Part shown: positions 1 through 13,050 of the stretch, one piece after another
How positions within the stretch are numbered: the stretch's first letter is position 1
Layout of the letters: each line of letters starts with the position of its first letter
Assembly: GCA_010093815.1 (NCBI GenBank)
Contig: ML996566.1
Direction: 5' to 3' (one strand)
Source: Pseudovirgaria hyperparasitica
Taxonomy: Eukaryota
DNA length: 64,000 nucleotides
Program-made: the position numbers and the translations under genes
Notes under the pieces: model-generated
Seen by the model: only the letters and a program-made list of their open reading frames with translations
The model's database searches: none
Told to the model about the DNA's origin: nothing

Positions 1-1650
1 CGAACGCCTTCCCGGGATTCGCAGAGTCGTCGTAGACGTAGACTACCAGGACCGGGCCGAAGAGTTCTTTCGATAGTAAAGGGTGGTGGGGGTTCTTGGT
101 CTGGTAGATGGTAGGGTGGATGAAGTACCCTTTGCTGCTGTCATACTTTCCGCCGGCCAGAAGCTCGAGCTCGCGGTCATTCTTCGCCTCGTCGATAACG
201 CCGGAAAGTTTCTTGAATGAGCTTTCGTGGATGACGGGACCGATGAAGTTGGTATGGTCTGCGGGGTCTCCTATCTTGAGAGCTTCGGTCTCGGCAACAA
301 GTTTCTGCCTGTACTCTGGCCACACGGATGCAGGGACATAGGCCCGCGAGCAGGCGCTACATTTCTGCCCTTGATACTCGAATGCGCCGCGGACAGTGTT
401 GATTGCGGCGTGCGAGATATCTGCTGATCGATGGATCAGATGGAAGTTCTTCCCTCCTGTCTCGCCAACGATTCTTGGGTAGCCTTGGTACTTCCCCTCT
501 GCTACGCCGCCGGCAATCTTGCCGTATAGAGAGCGGAAGACAGCAGTGCTACCCGTGTAGTGGAGCGCTGCGAACTGGCGATGTTCGAGGACTACTGATG
601 TGACTGTCTCTGCGTCTCCAGGCACGAATTGGATGACATTCGGAGGAAGCCCAGCTTCTAGCAGAATTCTATAGACAAGCCAGTTTGAAGCAATAGCAAA
701 GTCTGAAGGCTTCCAGACTACCACGTTGCCCATCAAAGCTGGGGCTGCTGGGAGATTGCCACCAATGGCAGTGAAATTGAACGGACTGACTGCGTAGACA
801 AAGCCTTCGAGTGGTCTATACTCGACACGACTAAAGTGTTATTAGGTATCGTCAAAAACATTTCTCAAGTCCACTTACTTCCAGATTCCAGGAGCGTTGT
901 GAACTGGTTGCGAAGAGTAGAGCTCCTCGGCATACTTCACGTTGAACCTACAGCCATTAACATGTAGAGCATAGAGACATATTCGGTATCACTATACCGT
1001 AAGAAGTCACAAAGCTCTGCGGCAGAGTCTATCTCTGCCTGCCACGCGTTCTTTCCCTGACCGACCATAGTCGCGGCCATTATGTCGTATCTGTACTTTG
1101 TCGCTACCAGATCAGCCGCCTTGAGAAATATGGCAGCGCGATCTGCAAATGGAAGCGCTTCCCAGGCAGCTTTCGCAGACAGAGCAGCATCAATCGCAGA
1201 CTGTGTTTCTTCTGCTCCAGCACGAGCATATTGGGCGATGACATCGGCGTGAGAGGATGGATTGTGTTGGGTGTTTGTCGAGGAACCTTTGATCTATGAA
1301 TGATTAGCTCTGCGCTTGCTATATAGCTTCAGTCTTCCTCACTTGCTTCCCAGCTATCACCAGAGGTACGTCTAAAGGTGCGTCCTTCTTGAAGCTCTCT
1401 ATCGCGGCGGACAGCTTTTTCTGGTCCGTGGAGCCTTTCTCGTAGTGTTTCTATGTGGTCCTGTTTTAGTCTCAAATCCTAGATTTACCAAGTAGCTTCA
1501 AGATCTCACATTGGGCTCATTGCTTATAGTTGTGACCTTCCAATTCGCGATCGTCGCCATCATTCTCGTGTCTCGTGAGATTGGCATCGATCTGCCCACA
1601 GTCGGGCGACTCAGACGCGCACGGGAAAGTATATTTCTTGGAGCTGCCAT
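1..1650 (-). CDS. PUT2: Mitochondrial delta-1-pyrroline-5-carboxylate dehydrogenase (multi-exon, 3' end runs off the window)
   Basis: ATG at 1650 gives an Arg/Ser-rich presequence (MAAPRNILSRARLSRPT...). Spliced exons give ALDH/P5CDH motifs: AATMVGQGKNAWQAEIDSAAELCDF, EYRPLEGFVYAVSPFNFTAIGGNL, FAALHYTGST, GYPRIVGETGGKNFHL, EYQGQKCSACSR. Confidence 0.93.
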
Positions 1651-2295
1651 ATTGAAGAGCTTTGCAGCGCCAGCAAGATTTCGATAATGCACTGAGTTCA
1701 AAAAGCACAGTTTGTCATTGCACATGGGAGCTGTATTCATTCATATTCCAGGGAGATTCCACAGAGCTCGGTTGGAAGCGGCTTAAGAAAGGTGGAGGTT
1801 TCTCAGGAGGGGCTGCGATGTCGGAATTTTTGCAATTCCACGTGATTGTTTCTATTCTTCGCACGGTGGTCAACTTAATGGAAGAAAGGCAGAATGAGAT
1901 ACTTGGTCGTTGCCCGTAACTTTTTTTGCATGGTCGTATGCGAAAAGCTCATGTCTCACCATTCCATCTGCTAGCGCCCTTCGGAGCCGTACTTCGTTGC
2001 TTGCGGATATGCCTACCGGTATCGATAGAGGCTGAGGATCACAGTGACGTTTGTCGATCAGATACAATAGTATAGACTCCAGAAATTCAGTCCAGTGAAA
2101 GCTGAGTCACACTTGAGAGTTTTTCCCAATAAGCAAGGACGACGGATCTCATAACGGATGGTGATTTTCAATTCTTGGATAGCACCCATGTGATAGGAAA
2201 CCATTGGTATTGTATTTTGAGGTAGCCTTCAACGTGCATACTACAGTGTGCCTCTCTGGTAATGTAGACTCCTGACTCCAGAATAATTAAACTAA

Positions 2296-4080
2296 TCAAG
2301 CCGGTTGTGTATCCATCTCCGCAACTTCAGTAGAAGCATTGTCACCCCATAGTCCGTCAATCTTGAACTCGGCTGCCCATTCTGACACGATCGCCTTTCG
2401 GTCACCTTGGTCAGCACCGTTGGACGACTCGGTTGCATCAGTCTGGACTTTCAATACCGGAGCCTCCGCCCAGCCTTGGATTCGGCCATCTCTCCAATCT
2501 GAAACAACTGTTTGTGCTGCGGCATGTACGTTAGGGACACCGCCCTTTCCAAGTCTACCACGCTTCCTTGCAACCTGGACGAGGAAGTCGGTGGTGACAT
2601 CTCCACCATCAGTCATGAGTGGAGGAAGCTGGTACACGGAAAGAAGATTGTCGAGTAGCTGCTGTGAGGCTGAGAGACGTTTCAGCAGCAGTGTGACTGC
2701 TGGTACGGGATCATCGATAGCTTTGGGAGGAATTGCGTTCAAAAGGATAAGTCGAGCTTGTTCTTCAATCTTTTGAGTCGATGAAGAAGCTGAGCTTGGA
2801 AAAACGATACCAGGAGAGTCGAGTAGCTTCAGTTTGTTGTCAAGTTTCACCTCCCTAAGACTGGTGGTCACACCAGCCTCAGCACCTGTAGGGCACGCAG
2901 CTTTCCGGTGGCCCAGTCTTGATGTGAGGGCATTGATGACTGAAGACTTCCCAACATTGGGGTACCCAATCACACCGACAGAGATAGATCGTTTCAGCTG
3001 CTTAGACTCCGCGAAAGACTTCAGGGCCTTAAATAAGGCTTCCGAGGTGCCTTTGACAGTGAGCTGCTTGTGGTCAAAGGTGCGAGCATTGGGTGCCGGT
3101 CCTGAAGCTCGAAGTGGAAGTGTAGGGAAGTATCTCCGGAGATGCGTTAGCCAGCCCTTCAAAACGTGAGCAGGCACAAGGTCGATTTTGTTCAGAATGA
3201 GAATGAGCCGCTTGTTGCCCCCGTCTGCCGCCATGATAGAGCGTTCAACTTCTTTCGACCGGGTTCCTTCGGGATCTCTTGCGTCAAGAACATAGAGCAC
3301 TACATCTGCAGCGTCCACAACCTCTTTGAATATTTTGTCAAAGGCTTTCCTAGACCCATCTTTCAAAGCCTTTGACAGTGTGATTCCGTTTGCCTTCTCG
3401 TCTACCTCTGTGATTCCGTCCCACTCATTACTACTATCATCCTCATCTTCCTCCATCTCATCATCGCTATCGTTCCCAGTTTTACTGTATTCGGCGGCAC
3501 GAGCTTTGGCCGATGCCAGTAGTGCTGCCATAGGATTTTCGACTACCTGTACATGCGATTAGTATCCAAGTGATATGCGTGTTACCAAATACTTGTTGCA
3601 ATCTACTGACATCTTCCATCGCATCATCGTCCCCAACGTCCAACAACTCAGCATCTGAGTCTCTTTCCTCAACTTGGTCTGTACACTGTTCGGAAACACT
3701 AGATGTCTTTGCTTTCTTTCTTTGTTTCGCTTCAGCTCTGATCTTTTCATTCTCCTCTTCTTTCAGGCGCTTCTTCTCCTCAATCTCTTGTAGAATCTTG
3801 TCTTTGTATGGAAAAAGGTTTGGAATACCAGGATCTTTCTTTAGTTTTGACCGCCATTCCGGATTCTACAGTTGAAAGAGTCAGTACGAGAGTGCGATTC
3901 AGCAAATCTAGGATGCTCCACCTGTTTAGCCTCTTTCTTTTGTTTGCGCTGTTTTGCAGCCGAAGCTTTCTCTATCTTGTGGCGTAATCGCACAGGTACG
4001 CGCTTTGATTTGGGTTCTGAAAGTGTCTGTTAGTCAGGACTCATCCCCGTATGTATTCTATACCTACTGCCGACCTTCAT
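2296..4080 (-). CDS. NUG1: Nuclear/nucleolar circularly permuted GTPase, 60S biogenesis (Nug1/GNL3 family), 4 exons
   Basis: N-terminal KSKRVPVRLRHKIEKAS...NPEWRSKLKKDPGIPNLFPYK. GTPase motifs VLDARDP, LNKIDL, GYPNVGKSS, DSPG; also ARKRGRLGKGGVPN. Confidence 0.93.
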
Positions 4081-4187
4081 GATGCAACGGTGTGTAACGT
4101 GTCTTGAATGTAAGTATATCGTCTCTAGGCGCAAATAAACTCAATCCAGAAATCTCGTATTTTCGGTGGTTGCCAAGATTTTACGAT

Positions 4188-4198
4188 CTTATCGATAA
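4188..4198. promoter_or_regulatory. Near-palindromic CTTATCGATAA motif in the NUG1/phosphatase divergent promoter
   Basis: CTTATCGATAA lies about 110 bp upstream of the NUG1 ATG, with a second TCTTATC at 4224-4230. It resembles a GATAAG-type motif that I recall from filamentous-fungal ribosome-biogenesis promoters; function is not demonstrated. Confidence 0.35.
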
Positions 4199-4423
4199 TA
4201 ATCCCGAGATTTCCCCGTCATAATCTTATCTAGGTATCCCGTCTAGGTATTCCAAAACCTACGTGCGGATAGCTTGCTGTTTTGGGTCACTTAGCCGCTA
4301 GAACCAGGCCGCCACTGAGGTTGCTTCTTCAGCGTTTTAGGCACATTGTCCTGAGACAGAATACATCAAATTATACTTCAACTACTTTGTTCTACAGACA
4401 CTTCCAATAAACCGCGTTTCATC

Positions 4424-5355
4424 ATGCGAAACCAAGAAAATCAATCAATCTCTGCTTCAGCAGAAGTTCACTGTTTCAATGGCTTGGTACGCTTGAACTT
4501 TACCGTCAAATCATCTACAATGTGGATCACTCACAGATTCTTGATAGCTATTTGATATGGACGGTACTATCATTGACTCCACAGACGCAATCATACAGGC
4601 ATGGCACAAGTAAGACATGTTCTTCAAATGTTCTTAGTCGCAGTTTTATTTTTCTTGAAAAATCTTGGGCTTTGGCTTACTTCGATAGGATAGGAAAGGA
4701 ACTGGGAGTTGATCCGGACGTCATCCTTGCAACTTCGCACGGCAGGAGGTCTATAGACACGATACGGGAATACGACCCAGAGAAGGCGAACTGGGACTGT
4801 GAGTGATATGACCTTGACTACCGACAAACATCCCCACGTGAGCCTAATAATTCAATCCTTGCAGTTGTCAGTAAGATGGAGGGTCAAATTCCGCGAGAGT
4901 TTGGGTCTGCTGCGGTAGAGGTCCCCGGTAGTCGAGCACTCCTGGATGACCTCGAGAAAGTAGGTGTTCCTTGGGCGATTGTCACATCTGGAACCAGACC
5001 GTTGGTAACAGGCTGGCTCGATGTCATGAAGTTGGCACATCCAAAGTTCCTTGTTGTTGCAGAGGACGTCCAACATGGGAAACCAGATCCAACCTGCTAT
5101 CAGATGGGGGCATCAATGCTCAAGCTGGAGAGAAATGCCCATATCCTGGTACTCGAAGATGCGCCTGCAGGCGTGCGAGCTGGAAAAGCGGCTGGATTCA
5201 AGGTTGTTGCTCTTAACACCACTCACACAATCGAGCAGCTAAAAGAGGCGGGAGCTGACTGGATCGTACATGACATGCGAAGTGTGACGATGAAGGAGTG
5301 GGACAAGGACTCAGGCACGGTGAAGATACAGATAGCCAATTCGGTGATCGTTTGA
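4424..5355 (+). CDS. HAD-superfamily phosphatase, glycerol-3-phosphate phosphatase (Gpp1/Rhr2-like), 4 exons
   Basis: Spliced product has LFDMDGTIIDST (motif I), SHGRRSIDT, WAIVTSGT (motif II), GKPDP and VLEDAPAGVRAGKAAG (motifs III/IV). Confidence 0.9.
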
Positions 5356-8300
5356 TTATTTGAACCATTTTTCGTCCAAGGAGTACTTGTGAGATACGGT
5401 GTGGTAAAAGCTTAAGCAGTCATTGGATACGGACACCACAGGCGCCTCGCGCATCGAGGGGAAGGTTACATTGCATCAAGCGGAATTGAACGGGGGCGGA
5501 ATTGAACGTGGACGGATAGACCAAAATAGGGTCATTCTAGAATAAACTCCGAAGACCGAGTCCCGACGTCATCTTAATTCGGGTCTTCAGACGACCACTC
5601 TCCTGTCTGGAGCAAATAGGAGGTGAGCTACGAAACATTATACCCAACATAATTCTTCGCCGCCGAATCGTGGATCATGAAGGTGTCGACAACTTACGCT
5701 GGCCTAGTTGAGTGAGACAAGACTAGACCAGACGTCCACCTTATCATACTACTGTGCGAGCCCTGGCCCATCAGCAACAAAGAAGTAATGCGTTGTTCAT
5801 ATCATGGCCAGGAACAAGATCCAGGGATCTCGGGTTGTGTCGCACGTCTTTGTCATCCCGGGACCCGCTACACAGACGAATAATGAAGGCTCTACAGTTC
5901 TCGCTAAGAGAGGTACCGAGGCCGAGCTTTGTCTTTTATGGGTCAGTGCCACTATGCGAACAAAACTGTAACGCAGTCAATCTACAGTACAGAGAAATCA
6001 TCGTAGTAAAAGATGGGACGCGATGCAAATGAAGATCATATTGTCATGGCGCATTTCTACCGGGCACAGATTGCGAGACGGAAACACTGGCGAATGCTGT
6101 CAGTAATCTTTCTTTCCCTGCACGGCACATTGCCTTCTGATCAGATGCCGACACGTTCAATATGGGTACCACGGCGCACAAAGTGGAAGGATTCTGCTCA
6201 CGAAGGTGAGGGTGCTGGCGGTTGCTCTCGCACCACGATTCACCGCAGATGTATAATAGAGCAGACGAGCATGTCGAAAACCATCGACGAGTGGCCAACT
6301 TTTGCAAGTCCGTACAGCATGAGCGTGGCCGCCACCAAGCCGACCGAACGGTCCATAAGACCAATGCAAGTCTGTAGAGCCCTGGAAATCGTGAGTCGTG
6401 GAGGCTCACTTTGTGCAGCTCGCTCTTGGCTCCAACAGGCGACTGGCGGCGACCGCGTTCATAGTGGGTCGGCGAACAGAACTGTTGCTAGGTGAGAAAG
6501 GTTCGAAGGCTACATGCTCTACAATGTATATGTCGTCGACTCGGTGACGGCAGCTATTTCGGAGCATTCCTCCCCTTTCCACACCCAATCTTTTGGAAAT
6601 GAGATCTTATTAACGATCTACTATCAACATATCATAACAGATCGCCTTTTCTCGTGAGTCGCACTGTGAAGGCTACGAGGCGATCAGCCGCCTGGACCAC
6701 GTCGCACGCCGGATGTGACATCCCAAAGATCCCATCTGCCAGTGCCCCCTGGACCCTCGCTGTGCTTGAGAGCAAGTGCCCTTGCGCGGCCCGCTGTCGC
6801 TCTGGCGAGTCTGGGGACTTTCGTCAGAGATGGTTCGGCTTTCTTATCGCACCTAAGCCCGGCCGAGGAATGGTGAGTGTGACCGTACCACAATACCCTG
6901 GATGCTGCATGTGGCGGCAGGGTTCACCGCGGCGGGAAAGCGACATCATTTGGGAGGTTCTGAGCGCATTTACACGGAGGCGAGCGATCGGCACTTATCT
7001 GTACATGTTGTGAGGAAGCACCCATCACTCACGATGATGTGCCTTGCGAGCAGCATGCACTCTTTCAACAAGTGTGGTGTGCAACGACACAAGTGCGACA
7101 GGCACATGGAAGTCAATCATGACTAGAGCCATGCGAATCAAGTTTAAATTTGGCACAAGCGAACGACGCTCCTCCAGTGTGTGTCCATCGCCTGGCGGTG
7201 GCCCAAAACACAGCCAATCGTCACTCTCGCAGCCTTCTTCTCGACCGTTCCCGCGAACACCTTCCTGGTGACCTGCTGCACAACCTCTGCAGACTGCTGC
7301 ATGGTTAGGCCAAAACTCGCGCTGCACGAGGTCGCTTTAAGCTGCCCGTTCCCCACTAGTGATAGTAGAAGACTGCCAACTGAACGCTCTGGACTCCTGC
7401 GTACATGATACCAGGTGAGGGAATAGAAGGCGTCGCTGAGAAAGCTTACAGTGTTCGACAGCCTCCGATGGAAGACAGCGCGCGCCGGGAGCTATAAGAT
7501 TGGACTCTTACTGTTACGCCGTCAGCAGGAAAAGCCAACGTTACATGTTCAACAGCCAGGATCCATCATCATTCTTGCGGATCACGGCCTTTGTAGAACG
7601 TAGACCGCGAGGACCGTCGTGGCCGAACCTGTGTGTGTTGACGAACTGGAATCTGGACAGTTGAGGAGAGGATTTCCATGGACGAACAGCGAGTGACAGA
7701 GTGTGATAGTGTGATGGTGCGATAGGAAGGCCTGATACCAGACGTCTCGGCTGTATCTTTGCCTGTATACGAATAGGTTTCTTGGTCGTTTCAGGCACTT
7801 GCGTGGTGTAGAAGATGTACAGTAATACTGTAGGTGAGAATGAATTGCCCACGGGGGGGAGATGGTCGCATTGCCTCCACCCTCTCTACCCTCCACCCTC
7901 CACCAAAATCCCCCCCGAATGGCCAGTCCAAGCAGCCCAAACAGCGCAGCAGGAGGGCATCTTAGCTGATGTGTGTCCCGATGAATATCCTCCCGCGCAG
8001 TAAGAATCAAAAAAATCCGCTGCGCCTCCTCCTCGCCTTCTTCTTTTCCCCATCTCCACCGCGCTCTCCTGATCTGATCCTCACACCTCGACATCGTCGT
8101 CGCTTCGTGCTCTCTCCTCGTCCTTTCGCTATCCACGCCTACACCACTGGGCACACATTCGCTTTCTACATTCTCACTTTTTGTCGTCCACGCTCTAGTT
8201 CCACCTTAATATAATAATCTCGTCGCTCGCTCGTCCGCCGTGTTTGTAACAGACCCTCCAAACTACCACCACCTTCGCTAGAATAGCACCTACACTTCAT

Positions 8301-8458
8301 CCGCACCGCCCCCAGCTCGCCAAATCCGTCTCTCTTGCGACGATATCGCTGCAATATTCCCATCTTTGTACGCGCGCTTGCCCTTGATAGTACACACTCG
8401 GTCCAAGCCATTTCTGGGAGACACGCTCGTGCACTGAGCAACTGTACGACCGACGTGC

Positions 8459-10861
8459 ATGGACAATCACCACTCCGGTATCAAGCCGAGCCCTGTCCGA
8501 CACTCGCCTGCCGATTCTCTCAACTCCCTCCGAGCATTTACAGGTCCTCCGTTGAGACCTGCACAGCAATCGTCTGCGATGATGCAGAGTATGCACAATC
8601 GTACCGGGTCTCACCCCGTTGCGGATGTCAAACCGCGTCTTACCAAAGAGCAGCATGACATACTGGAATCTCATTTCCGCACTCAACACAAGCCAACCAC
8701 AAACGTAAAAAAGAATTTTGCGGAAAACTTGGGAGTACCATTGGACAAGATCAACGTACGGATGTGAAAACCTGCCCAAGACGAAAGCTAATGTTTGCAG
8801 AACTGGTTTCAAAACCGCCGTGCTAAAGTGAAACAAGATGCGAAAAAGTTGCAGAATCAGCAGATGATGTACCAAGCAAATCTCCAGAGCTATGGCATAC
8901 AGCAACATCAGCAACAACCTCCGCAGCTTCAACACCAGCAGCCGCAGCACCAGCATCACATGTCGGCACCTAACGCCTCTTCATACTATTCTACCAATTC
9001 TAGCGTAAGCCCTGCGACGCATCCATCCGACAACGGGCAACCAAGCCTAGATGGACTTAATGCACAGTTCAATCTTCAGTCAGACTACGGCGCAGCGGGT
9101 CTGACGTCCATATCTGAATCATCACAAAATCGATCCTCGTCTTACAACGCAGTCATCCAGTCCCTGATCAATGCAGGTTATCCTATGGACATGACGCAGC
9201 AACAGAATCAATTTGACTTTGATAACGGCACGAATAGTAGTTTTGGCTCAAATGTTTCTGGCAACGGTCAATTCCTTTCTTCATTGGCCATACCGTCTAG
9301 TGGCTTTGGGAACTCCCTTGATTTCTCTGCCTTCACGCCGGGGTCTACAGCAATGCAAGCTGGGGATAGTCTCGGATCCGCATCTACGCAGTTCACCCCA
9401 GCCACTCAGTCTTCTCTAGGTGTTCACCCTTCTGGGTCGGTTACCTCCCTCCAGTTTTTCGACGATAACTCAGATGGTGGTGAAGCATTCGATCCAAACT
9501 TTAACGCCTTTCCGCATGGGATGCCTCATCGTCATGCTGCTTCTACATCCCAAATATCTCTGCCTTTTAATGGATCTCACTTCAATAACCCTGGATTATA
9601 TCAGCAGAACAACAATTCTAGCCAAGTGATCATATCAACTCCGGACCAGTACGATCCAATGGGGGCATTTGGTGACCTGGAGCCCCCAAACCCCCCATTT
9701 GCATTCGAAGGATTCTCTCGTCGCAGTTCCTCGACGTCAAATCTTGCGGAGTCTATGCAAACTGTGGGTATTGATTCGCGCTCGCCTAGCGAAAGTGGTA
9801 GCTTCAAACAAGCAATGCCACCGGCTAGCATCGCAGCACGTAGACAACGTCGCCCTGCACCTCTGGGCGCATCTGCAACTAGGAGCGCATCTTACACTCC
9901 AGGAATGCCAGGTTCGCCTAGCAACGCGTCCCAAACAAGTCTCAATGCAGAACAAAATCTCCGTCGCATCCGATCATCACAAGGCATGAATGCCGGGCGT
10001 GTCCAGAAAAACTCCACAGGATCGGCGCAACACTCACCAATCACATTTGCCTTCAATGCAGCAATAAATTCGCCCAAATTTGCGCGCGAGCTTGCCAGTG
10101 CCGTGAGCACGCCTGGAGGCAACGGAAATTTTGCTCCACCGACACCACAGACACCCAACGAGGGTGCGAGGTTCCCGTCATGGCAAACAAGCGGAGAGAT
10201 CAAACCTCAACCCTCGTTTGCCGACACGAGTAGTCCTCCTGATAGTTTGGGTATCAATTTCTCTGCCGAGTCATCATCCGAACCATATCCACGCCAGTCG
10301 GATGTGAAAGGCGCATCGCCGAGTGTACCTACAGAAGAAGCACAGCAAAACCAACGCAGCCTTCCAAACGTTTCCTCAAACCGCGATACACCACCGCAAT
10401 CAGCTCCTCCCACTCAGCAAAGCTTTTCACAAGGCGTTTTCGTCTCGCAGACACAGACTACGAATGACTTCCTGGCTCCGGATGATTTCTCTTTGCACAA
10501 CATGCGTCGACCATCTCTTCCCGAAAGTGTGTCGCATAACCCTCATTTGGGCAACCCGATGCAGCACTTCGGATTGACCAATTTCAATTCTGGCGGTCCT
10601 CAATCGATGGGCTATCCTGTGCAATACGGCAATGTTAGTACATTCAATATGCCTATGTACTCGATGGATTCTGCGCCATCGATGACATCCGCCCCAGCTC
10701 CAACACAAACCTCCCCAGACTCTTCCGATTTCCTGGTTGTCCACGAATACGCACCACCGAACTCCTCCGGGAAGTCAAACGAATCTCGACGAATGCAGGA
10801 GCAGCCAAAGCAATTCGTTTTTGCAAACGCAGGACCTAATGACTTCCAAGGCCCCTCGTGA
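8459..10861 (+). CDS. Homeobox transcription factor (HbxA/Hbx1/Htf1-like developmental regulator)
   Basis: Homeodomain KPRLTKEQHDILESHF...KKNFAENLGVPLDKIN|NWFQNRRAKVKQ is split by a 45-nt intron (8756-8800). It is followed by a long Q/S/P-rich region including IAARRQRRPAPLG. The start codon is not certain. Confidence 0.88.
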
Positions 10862-11832
10862 TCATCTGGTATGTCGGAAGAGCTCTAGGTGCGATACGGC
10901 AAGGACAAGGACAAGGCCATGTACCTTTTTCCGATTATTCACGCATTGCCTTAGATGTTGCAAATTGGCCACTCCGGAGCCAGAAAAACAGGCGCCAGGT
11001 GGCAGACCCGTCATTCTACGGTCCGTTCATTTTATGTCATGATGGCTTAAGCGTCGGCGTTCTGCATACACAAATCAGCAATCATGGTTGACAGACCTAT
11101 GAACTCAATTCCGCGGATATATTCTTTGTACTTGGGGTCCTTCGAATGGCCGACACGTATCATAATGTTAATCTACTCCGCGACAACTCTTTCTTTAGGA
11201 ACAGAGGATGCCCGGAAATTCGCATGCGCGAATCCTTTTCTTTTGGGGGGACCGTTATAGTGCAATTTGGCACTACATGGATTGTCTATCATATGTTCTT
11301 GGACCTGAGCAGTTATTCTTTTCATGGCTTGAACGACTCTTCTTGATGTGTGCGATGGGATGGTCTGAGATTTGCATGAATTGGGTAGCGTAATGTTCAG
11401 CGTAGCGATCTGGGTTGATTTGACGAATACTGATGGCCTGGTGTGAAGGGAATGTTGGAGGAACAATATAGGATTTCAAAGTCCATGGATTGGCGTTGTC
11501 TGATATCGAGTGTTTTGTCTGAGTAATGAGTTACCGGAGATTGAGGTTCCAAAATAGCGCTGTCCAGGAAGGGAAGCTGTCAAGAGGAAGATCTGAATAC
11601 GCATATTATGAAAATCCATTTTGAAGCAAAACCTAGCCAGATGTTGAGGGGGCGCACTGCAACACTCTTATAATACCAACTCCGCAGACGTTACGCGTCT
11701 AGTCCTAAAATCCCGCTATCAATAAATTCTCCTAGCCAGATGCAATAAAGCCTAGCCAATAACGCAATGCAACCTACTACAGTGCTGGTCGCAAAACCAA
11801 AATCAATACTTCTTAATGCGTCTGTCAGGAGC

Positions 11833-12333
11833 TCAGGACCGCCACTCAAACATCCGCTTGATTCGAGACACTTTCACTAGATCAGAGCACGAGTAAGGAT
11901 TGCCTTGGTCTCTCTAGCCGTAAGGTTGGTTGGGGAGTGTAATAATGAGTGGGGGAAAGGGTTAATTAGAATTTAGCGGCATTCCTCCCTCGTTCCTCTG
12001 GCGAGTTTGGCTTTGGGCTGGGCTGGGCTTGCTGGCCCACGCGAAGAATGGCGGGCAGGCTTGCGATGCAGCTGCCCCCAGCGGCCTTTGGGGGGATCGA
12101 TCATCCCTAACGGGTAACACAGGATCGGCAAAACGGACGGAACAGACGGTTTGGTGTTGGCGGGGAGTGGGGCTAGGTACGGATGAGGATGTATCGATTT
12201 GGCCATCCAATATATTGACCGTGAGTGGGCGGGCGGGCTTGAGTGACGTGTCCAGGAGGGGTAATAGTAATAAGTAGTAAGTACAAGTAGAGACCTGAGC
12301 GAGGAGATATGAGGATCCACAGTTCGAACACAT
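11833..12333 (-). CDS. Putative two-exon microprotein (39 aa; 49 codons if the UGA is read through)
   Basis: Exon 1 (12333-12295) encodes MCSNCGSSYLLAQ, then a GT..AG intron (12294-11914), then exon 2 encoding RDQGNPYSCSDLVKVSRIKRMFEWRS-TGA. The ATG context is ACAGTATG. The donor GTCTCT is weak. Confidence 0.45.
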
Positions 12334-12967
12334 ACTGTTGTTGTTTAGAGTTGCAAAGTTTTGACTTTATGAGGCATCTAATAGCTTGTTGTCCTGTTAG
12401 AGTATTATGATGTGGACATCTTAATTATGATGATGGACATGGCTGCCCAGATCGGATTGGATATTTTACTGCATTCAACACTTTGATCGAATACGAGAGT
12501 CAATTGCACGATCGCTCTGCTTTTTACTACGGTGGGATTGCGATATCATAAGCCTTTGAACTTCTCGGCAAGGAGAAGCCACGCAGGAGGTCTCGACTTG
12601 CGAGATACGAGGTCCACGAAGCGCCTTGTTTGATCCTTATTAACAATGCTCGGAATGCAAAAATACAGAGCGCAGTGCCCGTTAGCATAACACTCCTATT
12701 AATTACTGTCAGCGTCCTCCCGAAACAATATTCTCAATAGGCCTCAAGATACTACCAGAGTCGGATGCGTACATGGATCCATATACAACTCATCGACCCA
12801 CTACAGAAATCTCCTCTTATCCGCTGGCTTTCGCCTCTGCAGACAGACTTTGCATGCCAAGAAGCGATCGCGTGTCGTCTCCACTCAGCTTCCTCCTCAT
12901 GCAGCAAGTCTAACTTAAAAAACTGTTGAGAGGCGCAAATAAATAATCAGGCCAAAAAACAAAACGA

Positions 12968-13050
12968 TGCATCGACCGGGAATCGAACCCGGGTCGAGTC
13001 GATTCCAATGTGACTGGCAACGACTCAGTATACCACTAACCCACCAATGC
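12968..13050 (-). tRNA. tRNA-Gly(GCC) with a 12-nt intron (13003-13014)
   Basis: Minus strand reads GCATTGGTGGGTTAGTGGTATACTGAGTCGTTGCCA[GTCACATTGGAA]TCGACTCGACCCGGGTTCGATTCCCGGTCGATGCA. The acceptor stem, AGTCG/CGACT anticodon stem and GGTTCGATTCC B-box are present, with a T-run Pol III terminator downstream. Confidence 0.95.

Noticed and set aside
11803..11850. Ornithine decarboxylase antizyme (UCC-UGA site) or a selenoprotein
   Set aside because: The +1 frame is short and lacks the antizyme domain. Dikarya are not known to have Sec machinery and no SECIS was recognised.
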